Shown piece after piece: positions 1-11,820 of a stretch of 64,000 bases of DNA. This stretch comes from Chara braunii. Its lineage: Eukaryota; Plantae; Charophyceae. Every line of letters begins with the position of its first letter. The first letter of the stretch is position 1. Location of the stretch: contig BFEA01000011.1 of NCBI GenBank assembly GCA_003427395.1, forward strand, positions 1,947,229 to 2,011,228, written 5' to 3'. Under the pieces are notes generated by a model that worked only from the letters and a program-made list of their open reading frames with translations, did no database searches and had not been told where the DNA came from. Made by a program: the position numbers and the translations under genes.

Positions 1-48
1 ACACACACACACACACACACACACACAATCTTATATACAGACACACAC
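1..48. repeat. (CA)n microsatellite
   Basis: Direct: ACAC run at the window start. Confidence 0.95.
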
Positions 49-635
49 AGTCTCCTGTCTATTATGGGAACGCCACCTGCTGGAAACAGGGTCCAATATT
101 CCATGAACATCGTGAATAAAGCACCTACCGGGACCCCACACACCCTTTCTTGGAGTTGTGTATAGTGAACATGACAAAACATGCACTGCATATCGACTTA
201 CCGTCAGGGGTGCGTTTTATGCACCTGAGAACATTTTTCGTCATCGCTCGTTATACGGTCGTTCGAAGGCTGTAAAAACAAGGCATGGCAGTTTAGGGGG
301 TGGTGGCATCTTATTTGAAACTGCAGGACCGGTAGCTGCCCATGGGACCGCACGGGTTTTGGTCCAGGACCGCGTAGGACCGGTAACCACGCGTAGGACG
401 CCAAGGAGGCTGCAGTCCTTTTTCGAAATTGAAACGTTGTGGGTCCACTTTTCTCGAATAGCACAGTTCCTCGAATAGAAAACGTACACGTTGTATTCGA
501 ATACAACCTGTACCCTTTCTATTCGGATTACAAAAAGAAAAAACTCTTGTATTCTGACAAAATTACTTCTTCCTTTTGTTGGATGTCAGCGCCTGCCCTT
601 GTGCTTCCCGCCACTTACATGCTCCATGCTACAGG

Positions 636-707
636 TCTCTCTCTCTCTCTCTCACACACACACAGACACACACACACACATACACTCTCTCTCTCTCTCT
701 CACGCAC

Positions 708-746
<39 letters not shown>

Positions 747-753
747 CACACAC

Positions 754-799
<46 letters not shown>

Positions 800-820
800 A
801 CACATACACACACACACACA
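636..820. repeat. (CT)n/(CA)n compound microsatellite
   Basis: Direct. Confidence 0.95.
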
Positions 821-1061
821 TTCTCCTATCTATTATGGGAACGCCACCTGCTCGAAACTAGGTCCAGCGTCCCATGAACATCGTGAATAAAGCACCAACC
901 GGGACACCACACACAATATGAAGTGCATGTTTTGTCATGTTCGCTATACACAACACGAAGAGAGTGTGTGTGGGGTCTCCGTTGGTGCTTTATTCCCAAT
1001 GTTCATGGCACGCTGGACCCAGTTTCCAACAGGTGCCCCTGCCCATCAATAGACAGGAGAA

Positions 1062-1175
1062 TGTGTGTGCGTGTGTATGTGAGTGAGTGTGTGTGAGTGT
1101 GCGTGTGTGTGTGAGTGTGTGTATGTGTGTGTGTGCTGTGCGTGTGTGTGTCTGTGGGCGCGCGCGTGTGCGTGT

Positions 1176-1230
<55 letters not shown>

Positions 1231-1258
1231 CGTGTGCGTGTATGAGAGAGAGAAAGAG
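1062..1258. repeat. (TG)n/(GA)n compound microsatellite (mirror of 636-820)
   Basis: Direct. Confidence 0.95.
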
Positions 1259-1768
1259 ACAAACCTGCAGCATGCAGCATGTCAGTGGCGGGGAGCACAA
1301 GGGCAGGCGCTGGCCTCCAAAAAAAAAAGACGTATTTTTTTAGAAAGGGTACACGTTGTTTTCGAATACAACGTGTACGTTTTCTACTCGAGGAAATCTG
1401 CTATTTGAGAAAAGTGCACCCGCGCCGTTTCAATTTTCAAAAAAGGCTTAAGGACCGCAACCTCCTCTGCCTCCTACGGGCAGCTACCGGTCCTACACGG
1501 TCCTGGCCCTTGCAAGGCCCCAAACCCTCAAAATCCCCACCCTCCCGACGACCACAAACGTTGAAATTTGATTGATGTTGAAATGTCTCGGGGTGGAAAA
1601 CGCAACCTTGACGGACTGCAAACCCAACTTCTACCCTCTCTATACGGAAATCGAAAAGAAAAAACTCTTGTATTCCAGTAAAATTACTTCTTTTGTTTTT
1701 TTAGGTCAACGCCTGCCCTTGTGTTGTAGGTCTCTCTCTCTTTCTCTCTCTTTCTCTCTTTTTTTTTT

Positions 1769-1826
<58 letters not shown>

Positions 1827-1827
1827 C

Positions 1828-2132
1828 NNNNNNNNNNNNNNNNNNNNNNNNNNNNNNNNNNNNNNNNNNNNNNNNNNNNNNNNNNNNNNNNNNNNNNNNN
1901 NNNNNNNNNNNNNNNNNNNNNNNNNNNNNNNNNNNNNNNNNNNNNNNNNNNNNNNNNNNNNNNNNNNNNNNNNNNNNNNNNNNNNNNNNNNNNNNNNNNN
2001 NNNNNNNNNNNNNNNNNNNNNNNNNNNNNNNNNNNNNNNNNNNNNNNNNNNNNNNNNNNNNNNNNNNNNNNNNNNNNNNNNNNNNNNNNNNNNNNNNNNN
2101 NNNNNNNNNNNNNNNNNNNNNNNNNNNNNNNN
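1828..2132. other. Assembly gap (305 N) flanked by (CT)n/(CA)n repeats
   Basis: Direct. Confidence 1.
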
Positions 2133-2189
<57 letters not shown>

Positions 2190-2194
2190 ACATT

Positions 2195-2377
2195 CACCTG
2201 TTTTCCTTAAGGAGAGAGATGCGTCTGAAAAGTTACCCCAGCTACATGTTCTTCAAAATAATGCGGGAAGTCTCTGCCAAGCACAACAGGGTCCTAGACA
2301 ATTGGGCTGATATATTAAGGCTAGGTCTCAGTCCCATTGGCCGGGACCGGATTTTTGCAGATAGGTACATTGAATAG
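2195..2377 (+). pseudogene. 5'-truncated fragment resembling the C-terminal (thumb) end of a PLE reverse transcriptase
   Basis: Manual translation HLFSLRREMRLKSYPSYMFFKIMREVSAKHNRVLDNWADILRLG...*, reminiscent of the L-x-x-x-GYP-x-x-F pattern. Short, motif-level evidence only. Confidence 0.3.
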
Positions 2378-2867
2378 GATGCATCTTGTTGTCTGAATCG
2401 TCGGCGGGGCCTGTTACATTTCTTGCGGTGAGCCTATGCAAGGTTCAAAATGGGTCCTAGCTTAGAAGGTTGATCCTTCGAAATTAGGCCTGGTTCCTGG
2501 AACGGATCGGATTTTTTACAGATAGGTACACTAAACAGTCCACTTCTCCCAGTCTCCCCTGTCGCACGTCTGTCAGTGTTTTCTTGTCTGTCTCGTTTCG
2601 CACAACCTCTCGCCACATCTTCTGGCCCACTACGATATCAGATTCCCCCGATATCCTGACTGATCTTCCAGTTTCCCTGCCCAAGATAAGGATCACGCTC
2701 CGACGGTAACGCCAACACCCAAATGAACCTTTCTGTCCTTTACCATCGCAGCTGCAACATCCTCCTGGCGACGCGGCGACTTACTGTGAACATGAGCTCG
2801 CTTTACAGTATTCCCCTCTGCGGTTCTGTCTTCCCGCCTTTTTCTGGTATCATTTTCTCCAGTTCCT

Positions 2868-3133
2868 ATTTTTTCTGCTCGGCTTCTCAGCATCTGCACA
2901 GACATGAATTATCTCGCCTCCATGGTTCCCGCTCTTAAGAAATTAGAACCATGACAAGACAGGCCAGCATGATGGCTTCTACGAACGTCAAAAAAATATT
3001 GTGAGTCAATTTTCTCGTCTTTTCAGCATCTGCACCGACATGAATTTTCCCGCCTTCACGTCTCCCGCTTTTTAGCAATCAGAACTACGACAAGATGGCT
3101 TGGTATGATGGATTCTACGAACATCGAAACAAG
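2868..3133. repeat. Diverged ~140-bp tandem duplication
   Basis: CAGCATCTGCAC.GACATGAATT...TGATGG.TTCTACGAAC occurs twice (2868-2997 and 3010-3133). Confidence 0.8.
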
Positions 3134-3184
3134 TTGAGAAATAGTATTTATATCACTAGAATAGTCGGCAAGAGCAAGCGCTTT

Positions 3185-3242
3185 CAGTCCCCTGATGATG
3201 GCTTCACTCTGGCAGTGAAGCCGAAACCGGTCAGGGCAACTG
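3185..3242 (+). ncRNA. Type I hammerhead ribozyme (PLE-type minimal; probably impaired)
   Basis: CTGATGA core at 3192-3198 plus one extra T. Stem II GGCTTCACT/AGTGAAGCC. GAAA at 3223-3226. Palindromic stem III ACCGGT. GTC cleavage triplet ends at 3232. Stem I TCCC/AGGG has a C-A mismatch at the core-proximal pair (consistent with CpG decay). Confidence 0.8.
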
Positions 3243-3811
3243 CCAGGAGTCCGTGTTATCCGATATTTTCAAAAGAAGGACTCATTTTTTTGCGCTATCT
3301 CATGCCGATCTTCTCTTTCAATCTTCCTCGTCTTGGTTCCTTTCTTCTTTCTTCTTCTTCTTCTTCTTCTTCTTCTTCTTCTTCTTCTTCTTTCTTTTTT
3401 CTTCTTCGTTTTCTCCTCCTCCTCTTCCCCCTCCTCTTCCTCTTTGTTTTTCATCAAATGCATCTGGAGATTACGGGCTTGATGAACCGATCTTCTCACG
3501 TGAAGTACCAGAATCCGACTCTTGGATATTGACAGTCATAGTCGGGGTTTCACCCCTGACGTCATGAAGATCTAAGTGCTTCGCACTGGACTTCCTACCT
3601 TGACTTTTGTTAGCGCGTTAACCACTGTAATGCTCGCGGTTTGGTGGACACACACGCTATTTGTAGCTGTTCCAAGGACGGACTTCATCGGATCATTGGC
3701 AACATCAAGTACGACTTCATCTGCGCTCGCCTACAAGTACAACTTCATCTCCGCTCACCTACAAGTACGCTGACGAGCGACGCAACCAACAAAGGGTGAA
3801 CATTAGGCGAG

Positions 3812-4435
3812 ATGGGGGATCAATTCGTCCCTTATGGGGCTTGTTTTAACTGCGGTGCACATGGACATTGGGCTAGGAACTGCCCTCATCCACGTCGAAA
3901 CGGAAATTTCGTTAGCGGTCGGCCAATTGCGGGTCCCGCTTATGGTGGACAGTCCAATTGAGGACAACCTCTCCTCCCTCCTCCCCCAACTTCTCTTTAT
4001 GCTCCCTCTGCTCCTCCACTACCCCTCACGCCTTCGGCCACTCCCATCTCCAGTTCTCATCCTCCTTCCTCCTCTACCCCGCCTACCTCCTACCATCCCC
4101 CCTTACAAACTCAACTAAATAGCAACTCTCAGCCATCCTCTTCTTCAGAAACAGGAGCGACAACATCAAACGCTCTTGTCCCGTATCAGCCTAGGGACGT
4201 GGTCCCCTACCAAGGTTGGAACTCGTGGAACTCCCGACCGAGAGGCGCCGAGAGTGAGATGATGACCTTAATCAGAGAAATCGCCTACGACAACAGAGAG
4301 ATGCGCGAAATGCGCAGACTGGAGAACGACCGAAGACTGCGTGAAGAACAAGAAAGGGCGGCAAGGGAGGCTGAAGCGAAGAAAGCCGAGGAAGAAGCCA
4401 AGAAGGAAGCAGAGAAGGAAGCAAGACAAACATGA
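3812..4435 (+). pseudogene. Decayed retroelement ORF: N-terminal CCHC zinc knuckle, Pro-rich linker, charged coiled coil
   Basis: ATG3812 MGDQFVPYGA-CFNCGAHGHWARNC (C-x2-C-x4-H-x4-C, 3842-3883), then an in-frame stop. Later segment ...ENDRRLREEQERAAREAEAKKAEEEAKKEAEKE (ORF 4199-4435). Confidence 0.75.
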
Positions 4436-5486
4436 TTGACGAAAGAATGAAGGAGATGGATTCGAAACGGGGATCACTTGCAGCAGAGAATACGACCGCA
4501 TACGGCTCATGCTCCCCCCAAAGAAAAAAAAAATCCTTTTTTTGATTTTTTGTTTCTTTTTTATTTCTGTTTCCTTTTTTCGTTCTTTTTTCTACTAAGT
4601 TTCGTGAGCACTACGTTTACACCCGTCCCTTTGAAGCCGCACAATACGCCGCCTTCCCAGGAAAAGACCCATGGGCGCCAACCTGAAACTTCGGCTACCG
4701 GTGTACGAAATGGTCCGCTTACCCATCGACACTTCCCTGTTGAGGCGCGACCTACTGAAGAAGGGAGCACACTACAGACTGACTAAGCGGGCCAACACAC
4801 GCTATAGCACCTACTTAAGCTAGGGACGAACTGTCATTATTCACAAGGCATGTGTTGTAAGCTTGGGTGAATGCGTGGGCAGAACAAATAGCAACACACC
4901 TACTTCGAGTAGTTGTTACCGCGAGGATAGAGAAGGTGGTGGTGGAACAGTACCAACGAGTGGTGTACGGGGGATTTGTGTGATATCGGCCTGGGCGGGA
5001 CTGCGGTGAAGCAGTGATCTCCTCCTGTTTTGTCAGAGCGACCTGCTAGCAACAATGGACTTCCTGGTGGATCCGGACTACATCCAGGAGCAGCCACAGA
5101 CGGAGGACACGGTATACTTCTGACTGGGCGACTCCATCGCCAAACTTCGCGTTTTCCGAGTATAGGCGGTCTTGCCCCCCTCCCTGGAGTTGAACGCCTC
5201 TCTCCTCCCCCCATCTATCTCGATCTCTGCGTCTATCCCCCTACGCCGCCCTCGCACTGCTTCGTCTTCCTCCTCCATCTCACCCCCTCCAATGCTGCCA
5301 CGCATGGATAAGGAGAGAGAAGCGCGAGATGCACATCCTTTTCGGCTGGCGGATGGAATACTTGGAAGATAGTTGTGTTTTGTTTTGCGGCCTTCCTAGC
5401 GCTGCTTGCTCTTCTAGCATTTCTCTTCTTCATCTATTCCCTCCCTATACAACCCCCTCCAACACACACCCGAACTGATTATGTTT

Positions 5487-5544
5487 GCAGGTTACCCCTC
5501 TGATGAATTGCGTGGTGAGCGATGAAAAGCGCTTCAGGGACTGC
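5487..5544 (+). ncRNA. Type I hammerhead ribozyme with intact core
   Basis: Stem I CCCT(5496-5499)/AGGG(5536-5539), extended by GCAG/CTGC. CTGATGA at 5500-5506. Stem II ATTGC/GCGAT. GAAA at 5524-5527. Palindromic stem III AAGCGCTT. TTC cleavage site ends at 5535. Confidence 0.85.
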
Positions 5545-6198
5545 CACCCCCTCCTGCACGTGTATAGTTTGACAGCAACTGGCTTGCACTTTTACGCTTT
5601 GGCTGAACTTCGATGTGCACTATGTCTTCCCACCCCCCTACCTTCTTTGGGGAAACTTTGAAAAACTAGGAAGTGTTCTTGGTCTGACATCGCTATGACC
5701 CTCTCGGCGAGGATTGTGTTGTTGGGTGAAAGAATGATGACATGAGGGATGCATATCTTGTAAATTTCTTGACATAGGGTTTGAACATATTCAATCCAGA
5801 ATGGCTATATTGTCCTATAATTAGTGTGTTGATTGCCGCATTTTCGAACTGATTGTTTTTCTATTTTCCATTTTATCTTTTCTCCCCTTTCTCTCTTCCC
5901 CCCCCTTTTTTTTTTTTTACCTTTTTTTTGTGGAACTTCTGATGGAATGATCGAGCCCCCTTCATCTTAGGAGATGTGTGCATTTTCTTTGGAATAATGA
6001 GCGTGTGGTTTTATCCATGGATATACGCCATGAACCCTCATGTGATGTGTGATGTACTGGTGATGGCGACATCGCCGATCACCTCACAGGCGCATATACA
6101 TGGGGCGCAATGTTTGCATCCCTGTTATAAAGGAGGGGATAGTGCTTCATCCATGCAATGGTTGTCAACCCCCCTCCCCTCTCTATTTTGTTGAATGG

Positions 6199-6285
6199 AT
6201 ATATATACATATATATAGATCTATGTATATATATATATATACATATGAATATGTATGCATACATATGCATATATATGCATATACA
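6199..6285. repeat. (TA)n/(CATA)-type low-complexity tract
   Basis: Direct. Confidence 0.9.
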
Positions 6286-6869
6286 GAAAAATCTTTATCC
6301 TCGATATTCTTTGAGTATGTGAAATAATAGCCGCCAAACCTTTGTACACTGATTAGCCCGTTACCCTTCTGATTCCCTCTTACATGTCGTTTCGGTCGGG
6401 GGATCGTTTCGCCCGACGTATACATCCCATCACAACATATGATTGGGGATGCGATCAACGCACATGGGAAATATAAACTAGGCATACGACAATATCAAAC
6501 ACACAATGAGCTTTGAAAAAAACAGAGCCAAAAAAAAATTGCTCTTGTTTGTCCTACCCATGACGGGGGGGCACCTGATCCTCGTGATTTACTACCGAAA
6601 TTTGGAGATCGGGTACCTTGCACAGAGTGGTATCTGCCTATCTGGGTGTCGTGTGGTATTGATTGCATGTCTTCTTTCCCCCTCCATCTATTTGAAATAT
6701 TGTCGATGAAAGGGCCCTCTGTCCTCTTGGAATTGCTGGATACTGTTTGGGACAGATATAGCATCACTTTATTGGATACATCGTGCCTTACTATCTGTGT
6801 TGTGCCGAGGAATTCCTCAGAGATTGGTGGTGTTAGATCTTGCGCCATGTACACGTCTGAATGACGTAA

Positions 6870-7000
6870 CACATACATGACACACGCACACACTCTCACA
6901 CACACACGCACGCATACACACACACAAACACACACACACACACACGCACACACACACACACACGCACACACACACACACAAAGACACTCTCTCTCTTTCT

Positions 7001-7032
<32 letters not shown>

Positions 7033-7050
7033 CTCACATACACACGCACA
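6870..7050. repeat. (CA)n-rich microsatellite
   Basis: Direct. Confidence 0.95.
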
Positions 7051-7919
7051 AATATTCTCTTATCTATTGATGGGAAGCGCCACCTGCTAGAAACTGGGTC
7101 CAGCGTCTCATGAATATCATGAATAAAGCAACAACCGGGACCCCCCCCACACACTCTCTTCGAGTTGTGTATAGCGAACATGACAAAACATACATACATA
7201 CAACATAATCACTACCTTACCCTTCCTGATCCACATCAACAAACGAACTACGGGCTGCGCACCCATGCCCTCACAGTAAGTCAATTCGCAGCGTGTCAGG
7301 GTTGTGTTTTCCCCCTCGAGACATTTCAACGTTAATCAAATTTTAACGTTGTCGGGACCGGTGGGTCCCGAATAGCATTCCGGTGCTTGAAAGTCGATAT
7401 ATAGCCAAGTTGTGCACGACATAGAAATCCGGAATAAGGAGATAAGAGAGAGAGAGAAGACAAAGGACTAGGACCGGCCCGCCGGGAGGAATGATGCCAT
7501 GGGTTGAGAACCGCAGGGAGAAAGAACCGACAACAGTAAGCAAGTAAGTGTCAGAACATGGGCATATAGGAGCATAGCATGAGGCCAGGAGGACCACTGA
7601 AATCTGGCATGACAAGGGTCAAGGGGCCATTAACTTCGCAAAGGCGGCGCGACGAATGACAAGAGAATAGGGGAGCCAAGAGGTGGACGGCCCTGGTGGT
7701 CGTGAGACGCTAGAAAATAAGGGCCCAACATGGCGGCTGCCTTCGACAATTAACGAAAACCACGGTTAAGAAGCACCGCGGCCGGAGAAACCGGCGCGCT
7801 CAAGGCCCAAGAAAAGACAAGGGAAAAGGGTCACCGTAGGGCCGTAGATGCCGAAAGAACATGAGACACCTTGAGGAAAGGCACTGGGGACCACATGAGA
7901 CTAAGTAAAAATGATGGTA

Positions 7920-8177
7920 GCCGGGACAAAATATGAGGGGTCCACCGCCGGGACAAAGTGTCGGGGACCACCGGCTTACAAAGTGTCGGGGACCGCTGGC
8001 GGGACAAAATGTCGGGGACCACCGACAGGACAAAGTGTCGAGGACCACCGACGGGACAAAGTGTCGAAAACCACCAGCGGAACGAAGTGTCGGGGACCAC
8101 CGGCGGGACAAAGTGTCGGGGACCACCGGCGGGACAAAGTGTCGGGGACCACCGGCGGGGCGAAGTGTCGGGGACCA
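7920..8177 (+). repeat. ~26-bp tandem repeat (GTGTCGGGGACCACCGGCGGGACAAA), ~9 copies
   Basis: Direct. About 5 copies sit at the equivalent sites 42010-42158 and 60009-60133. Confidence 0.9.
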
Positions 8178-11100
8178 AAACAAGTGACGGGTACATGAGA
8201 AGGTCTCAAGAAGGATTGAGGAGCAACATGAGGAGAAATAATTACAACAAGGCACACCGTCAAGATATCGATCTTGACTGCCAAAAATATTAGCACCACT
8301 AGTGGTAACAAACGAAAATGCCAAAAGGAAAAAAAAAACAAAGAAACATGAAGTGGGAGGCATGAGAGCAATCCGAAAAATCTCGGATCAGCCTCCTTCA
8401 AGAAAATGGAGTCAAAAGACACTCCATGTAAAAAATAGGTCTCCCAGATAAAATTGGGGTAAGAGGGGCTACTGTTTGAGAGAAATAGAGGTAAAAGGAG
8501 ACTCCCATGGGCATAAGGGAGCCATTATTGCAGTCTGAGATACAACGGACTGCACCATGGACATAGGGATGGCCAAAACTAAGAGGAAGGATCTAGAAAA
8601 GGGTCTTAACGGTCATTTGACATTTTTCATGCTAGAAAACGAAAGAAAAGGAAAGAAAAATGTGGAAGAATAAGACAAAAAGAGTCAGAGAGAGTGAGTG
8701 AGTTGGCCGTCACTAGGGACTGCCACAAGTAGGGACTGGCAGGTCCCTACTGTCTAAGAAAGGAGGAAAAAGAAAAGAAAAGAAAAAGGAAAAGAAAAGA
8801 AAAGAGAAAAAAACCTCAACGGTAAAAAACGGTCACTTGGGGAGATACATCCGTGACTAGATGCATTCTGGAACATGGCGGTTGCAAAGGAGCTTGATTT
8901 TCTCTTGATTTTGCAAAGAAAATGAAGAAAAATCAAGGCCCCATGCAACCGAAATACAACGGATTACATGGGGGACGAGAAACACATGTTTTAGGTTGCA
9001 TCCAAAGCCAAAATTGAGTCCGGATGCACTTGAAAGTTGACCCTTTTTTTTTTGCTTCAGTTATGGGCTAGTTATGGGACAATAGGGCTAAAAAATTAAC
9101 CCCCATTGCAGTCCGAGTTACAACGGACTGCATGGGGAAGGGAAAACACATGTTTTAGGTGCATCCGAGACTAATATTGAGCCCGGATGCACTTGAGAAT
9201 TAAGCGCTTCATTTTCTTTCAATATGGGGTAAGTTATGGGGCTGTGGGACTAGGAAAATTACCGTAATTGCACTCCGAAAAATATCGGACTACATAAGGA
9301 TGCCTGGGCTAAGAGAAAATGAGTCATGACAAACCCAAAAATCTAGAAAAGAGTGATTTCGGCATGGGGCAAAAGAAGACGGTAAACGACAACTGTGAGA
9401 TGAGATCTCGCGGCCAAGAATAATAGATACACATGGGGCACATAAGGAAAGGATATTGGAACCACAAAGGATAAGGAGGTCCTAAAATAAAAATGGAACA
9501 TCATCCGGGACGTTGTCGGGAACTAAGTGGACACTCGTCCGCGGGACTACCAGCAGGACAAAAAAAATAGAACTAGTACGGGGAGAGTGGCAGAGACCTG
9601 AGTTGTCCCAAGGTAACCATGAGCCAATATGAGGAATGACCACATAAAGTAAACGACACCGTCGAGATCAAAATCTAGCCGGTGAAAAATGTTAGCACCA
9701 CTAGTGCAAGCACAAGTGGGATCAAGTGGAAGAGCCGTGAGAGAAGACAAAACAAAATAATGATGGTGGAAGGGTTACCCAACAGTCCGAGGTATCTCGG
9801 ACTAGCTAGGCATAAGAAAATATTGCCCCAAGGGGCTCAACATGAGAAAAAGGTTCTCAAAAAAAAATCGGAGCAAAGGGGGATCAAAATTAAGACAAAC
9901 AGAGGCAAAATGAAGCTCCCGTGTGGGGACTTCATTATTGTATTCCGAGATATAACGACCAACTGTTGAATCTGAATCTGACCATAGATGAAGATCTATG
10001 GCTTAAAAAAGCTCAACAGCCACTTGACACTTATCACATCATAAATAAAAGAAAAGAAAATAAAAAAGGGAAGAAAATGGAGAAAGAATGAAACAAAGGA
10101 GGAGAAAAGAGTAAGGAGAATTTGTCGGCCTATTGGGACCTGCGCAGTAGGGACTGACACGTCCCAACTGTGACCTCATCCCTCCAAGATTCAAGGAGGG
10201 CAATCCGAAATGCAGAGATATATTCTTTGGGGCAATATCTTCATAAAATCTGAATTAAAAAAGACAAAATCAAAAGAAAATGCAAAGGGAAAATGACCGG
10301 TTAACTTTTGGGCCATGGATCTGGGATTCAAATCCATGGAGAAGGGAATATGGCCGTTTTTTATGAGGCCTACCCAAACGGCCAACTCTGGAATGAGTTG
10401 GCAACCAAAAATGGAAAAAAGCAAAAGAGAGAAGAAAACAAAATTGTGCATTTGGCACAAAAAAGGGTCAGATGCACAAAAACTTGAAAAAGTGAGCTTA
10501 GGAGCTCAAATTTGAAGCAAGGACTGCTTGGGGGTGGCACAAAATATTGTTGGCCTTGGATCTCTGCCAGATCCAGGGCTGAAAAGGCACCGAGGCATGC
10601 GGAAATACCTCGGCCTACCAAAAACGAGGTAAAAGCTGAAAAAATCGAGAAAAAGACCCTCCATGTTTTTTTCTCTCAAGTGAGGCCGCCCCTTTGGCAT
10701 TAGGACCCAAGGGGGCAACATTTTAAAAATGAAAAAGAGGCTGAAGGAGGCCAAGAGGCAATCCGAGTTGGTACCAACCACTCGGACTGCATGTAGTTGA
10801 CCAAAATAAGGCTTGGGTACCTCCGGAAGGGCTTAGTGGTGAAATTTTGCCTTGGGGGTACCTCAGTTCACCTCAAAGCACATGGGGAGGCCCATGGGCT
10901 GGCCGAAGTGCTGGTTTCAGCCTACATAAACTGAGGATTCAATCCGCCACACTCTCATTTGCATGAGGAGTGCCCATGCTGCCCAAGTGAGCTCATAAGA
11001 ACACTTCCCTCAATGGAGAGAGGAGAGGGGAACCCCTGCCAGTTTGAGAGTTTAGAGGAGACTGTGGACTAGTGGAGGGAGCTCTAGAGGTTAGTGGTAG

Positions 11101-11379
11101 TGAGGCTGGCTTAGGGAGGTGATCCGCCATAGCCTCCAGGCTGTGAGGAAGAGCGAGAGGCTAGAGGGAGTCTCATTAGCCCTCCTAGAGGGAGGACTCC
11201 ATAGCCATAGGGGAAGGAGCTTGCAATAGCTTGGGAGAGGTTGAGGGAGGAAGGAAAAAAGAGCTTAAAGAAGGAGAAAGCCATAGCCAAGGAGACACAT
11301 ATGCGAAAAAGGGAGGAGCTTCATCAAGACTGGTGCTCCATGCCAAGATACTAAGGAGGTGAGTGAAAAGAAAAAGACT

Positions 11380-11510
11380 CTTATTCTTCTTCTTCTTCTT
11401 CTTCTTCTTCCTCCTCCTTTTCTTCTATTTCCTCTCCTTCTTCCTCTCCTTCTTCATCTTCTTCCTCTCCTCTTCCTTCTCCTACCTCCTCAATGATCTC
11501 TCACCTACAT

Positions 11511-11544
<34 letters not shown>

Positions 11545-11599
11545 CTTCTTTTTCTCCTTTTCGTTTTTCGAAACCTTCTTCTTCTTCTCTCTCTTTCTA

Positions 11600-11642
<43 letters not shown>

Positions 11643-11660
11643 CCCTTCTTCTTCCCCCCT

Positions 11661-11699
<39 letters not shown>

Positions 11700-11715
11700 C
11701 TATATATATATATAG
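11380..11715. repeat. Pyrimidine-rich (TTC)n/(CT)n/poly-T tract within the LTR
   Basis: Direct; the equivalent tract in element C is at 63307-63572. Confidence 0.9.
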
Positions 11716-11820
11716 GAACCTCCAAAGCTTAGAGTAGATGGTATTAAGTTTTTCACCAGTAATGGTATCCCTAGAGGCTCGTCCTACATTTCCTTATGAA
11801 TCAGCATTTTTCACCTAAGG

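Larger units (their letters stand above)
51..1730. repeat. Cluster of modules of an interspersed (CA)n-associated repeat family, including a ~1.1-kb imperfect inverted repeat (arms ~366-912 and ~968-1504)
   Basis: The module TTCTCCTRTCTATTATGGGAACGCCACCTGCT...CATGACAAAACAT occurs at 51-193 (+), 821-912 (+), 917-1062 (-) and 7056-7195 (+). 411-520 is the reverse complement of ~1341-1445. 1557-1620 is the reverse complement of 7291-7350. Confidence 0.85.
2193..6870 (+). mobile_element. Probable Penelope-like retroelement (PLE) remnant/partial tandem inserted in (CA)n
   Basis: Bounded by (CA)n on both sides. Contains two minimal type I hammerheads with palindromic stem III (typical of PLEs), a fragment resembling the PLE RT C-terminus, and a CCHC/coiled-coil ORF. 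Boundaries are approximate. Confidence 0.5.

Noticed and set aside
439-2210. His/Thr- and Val/Cys-rich ORFs (also at 6495-7199, 11363-11737, 15637-16188, 47350-47664, 63247-63795)
   Set aside because: Translations of microsatellites or of the N gap.
7800-8422. Repetitive 85-187-aa ORFs on both strands (also 41799-42329)
   Set aside because: Translations of the GC-rich 26-bp tandem repeat in the LTR.
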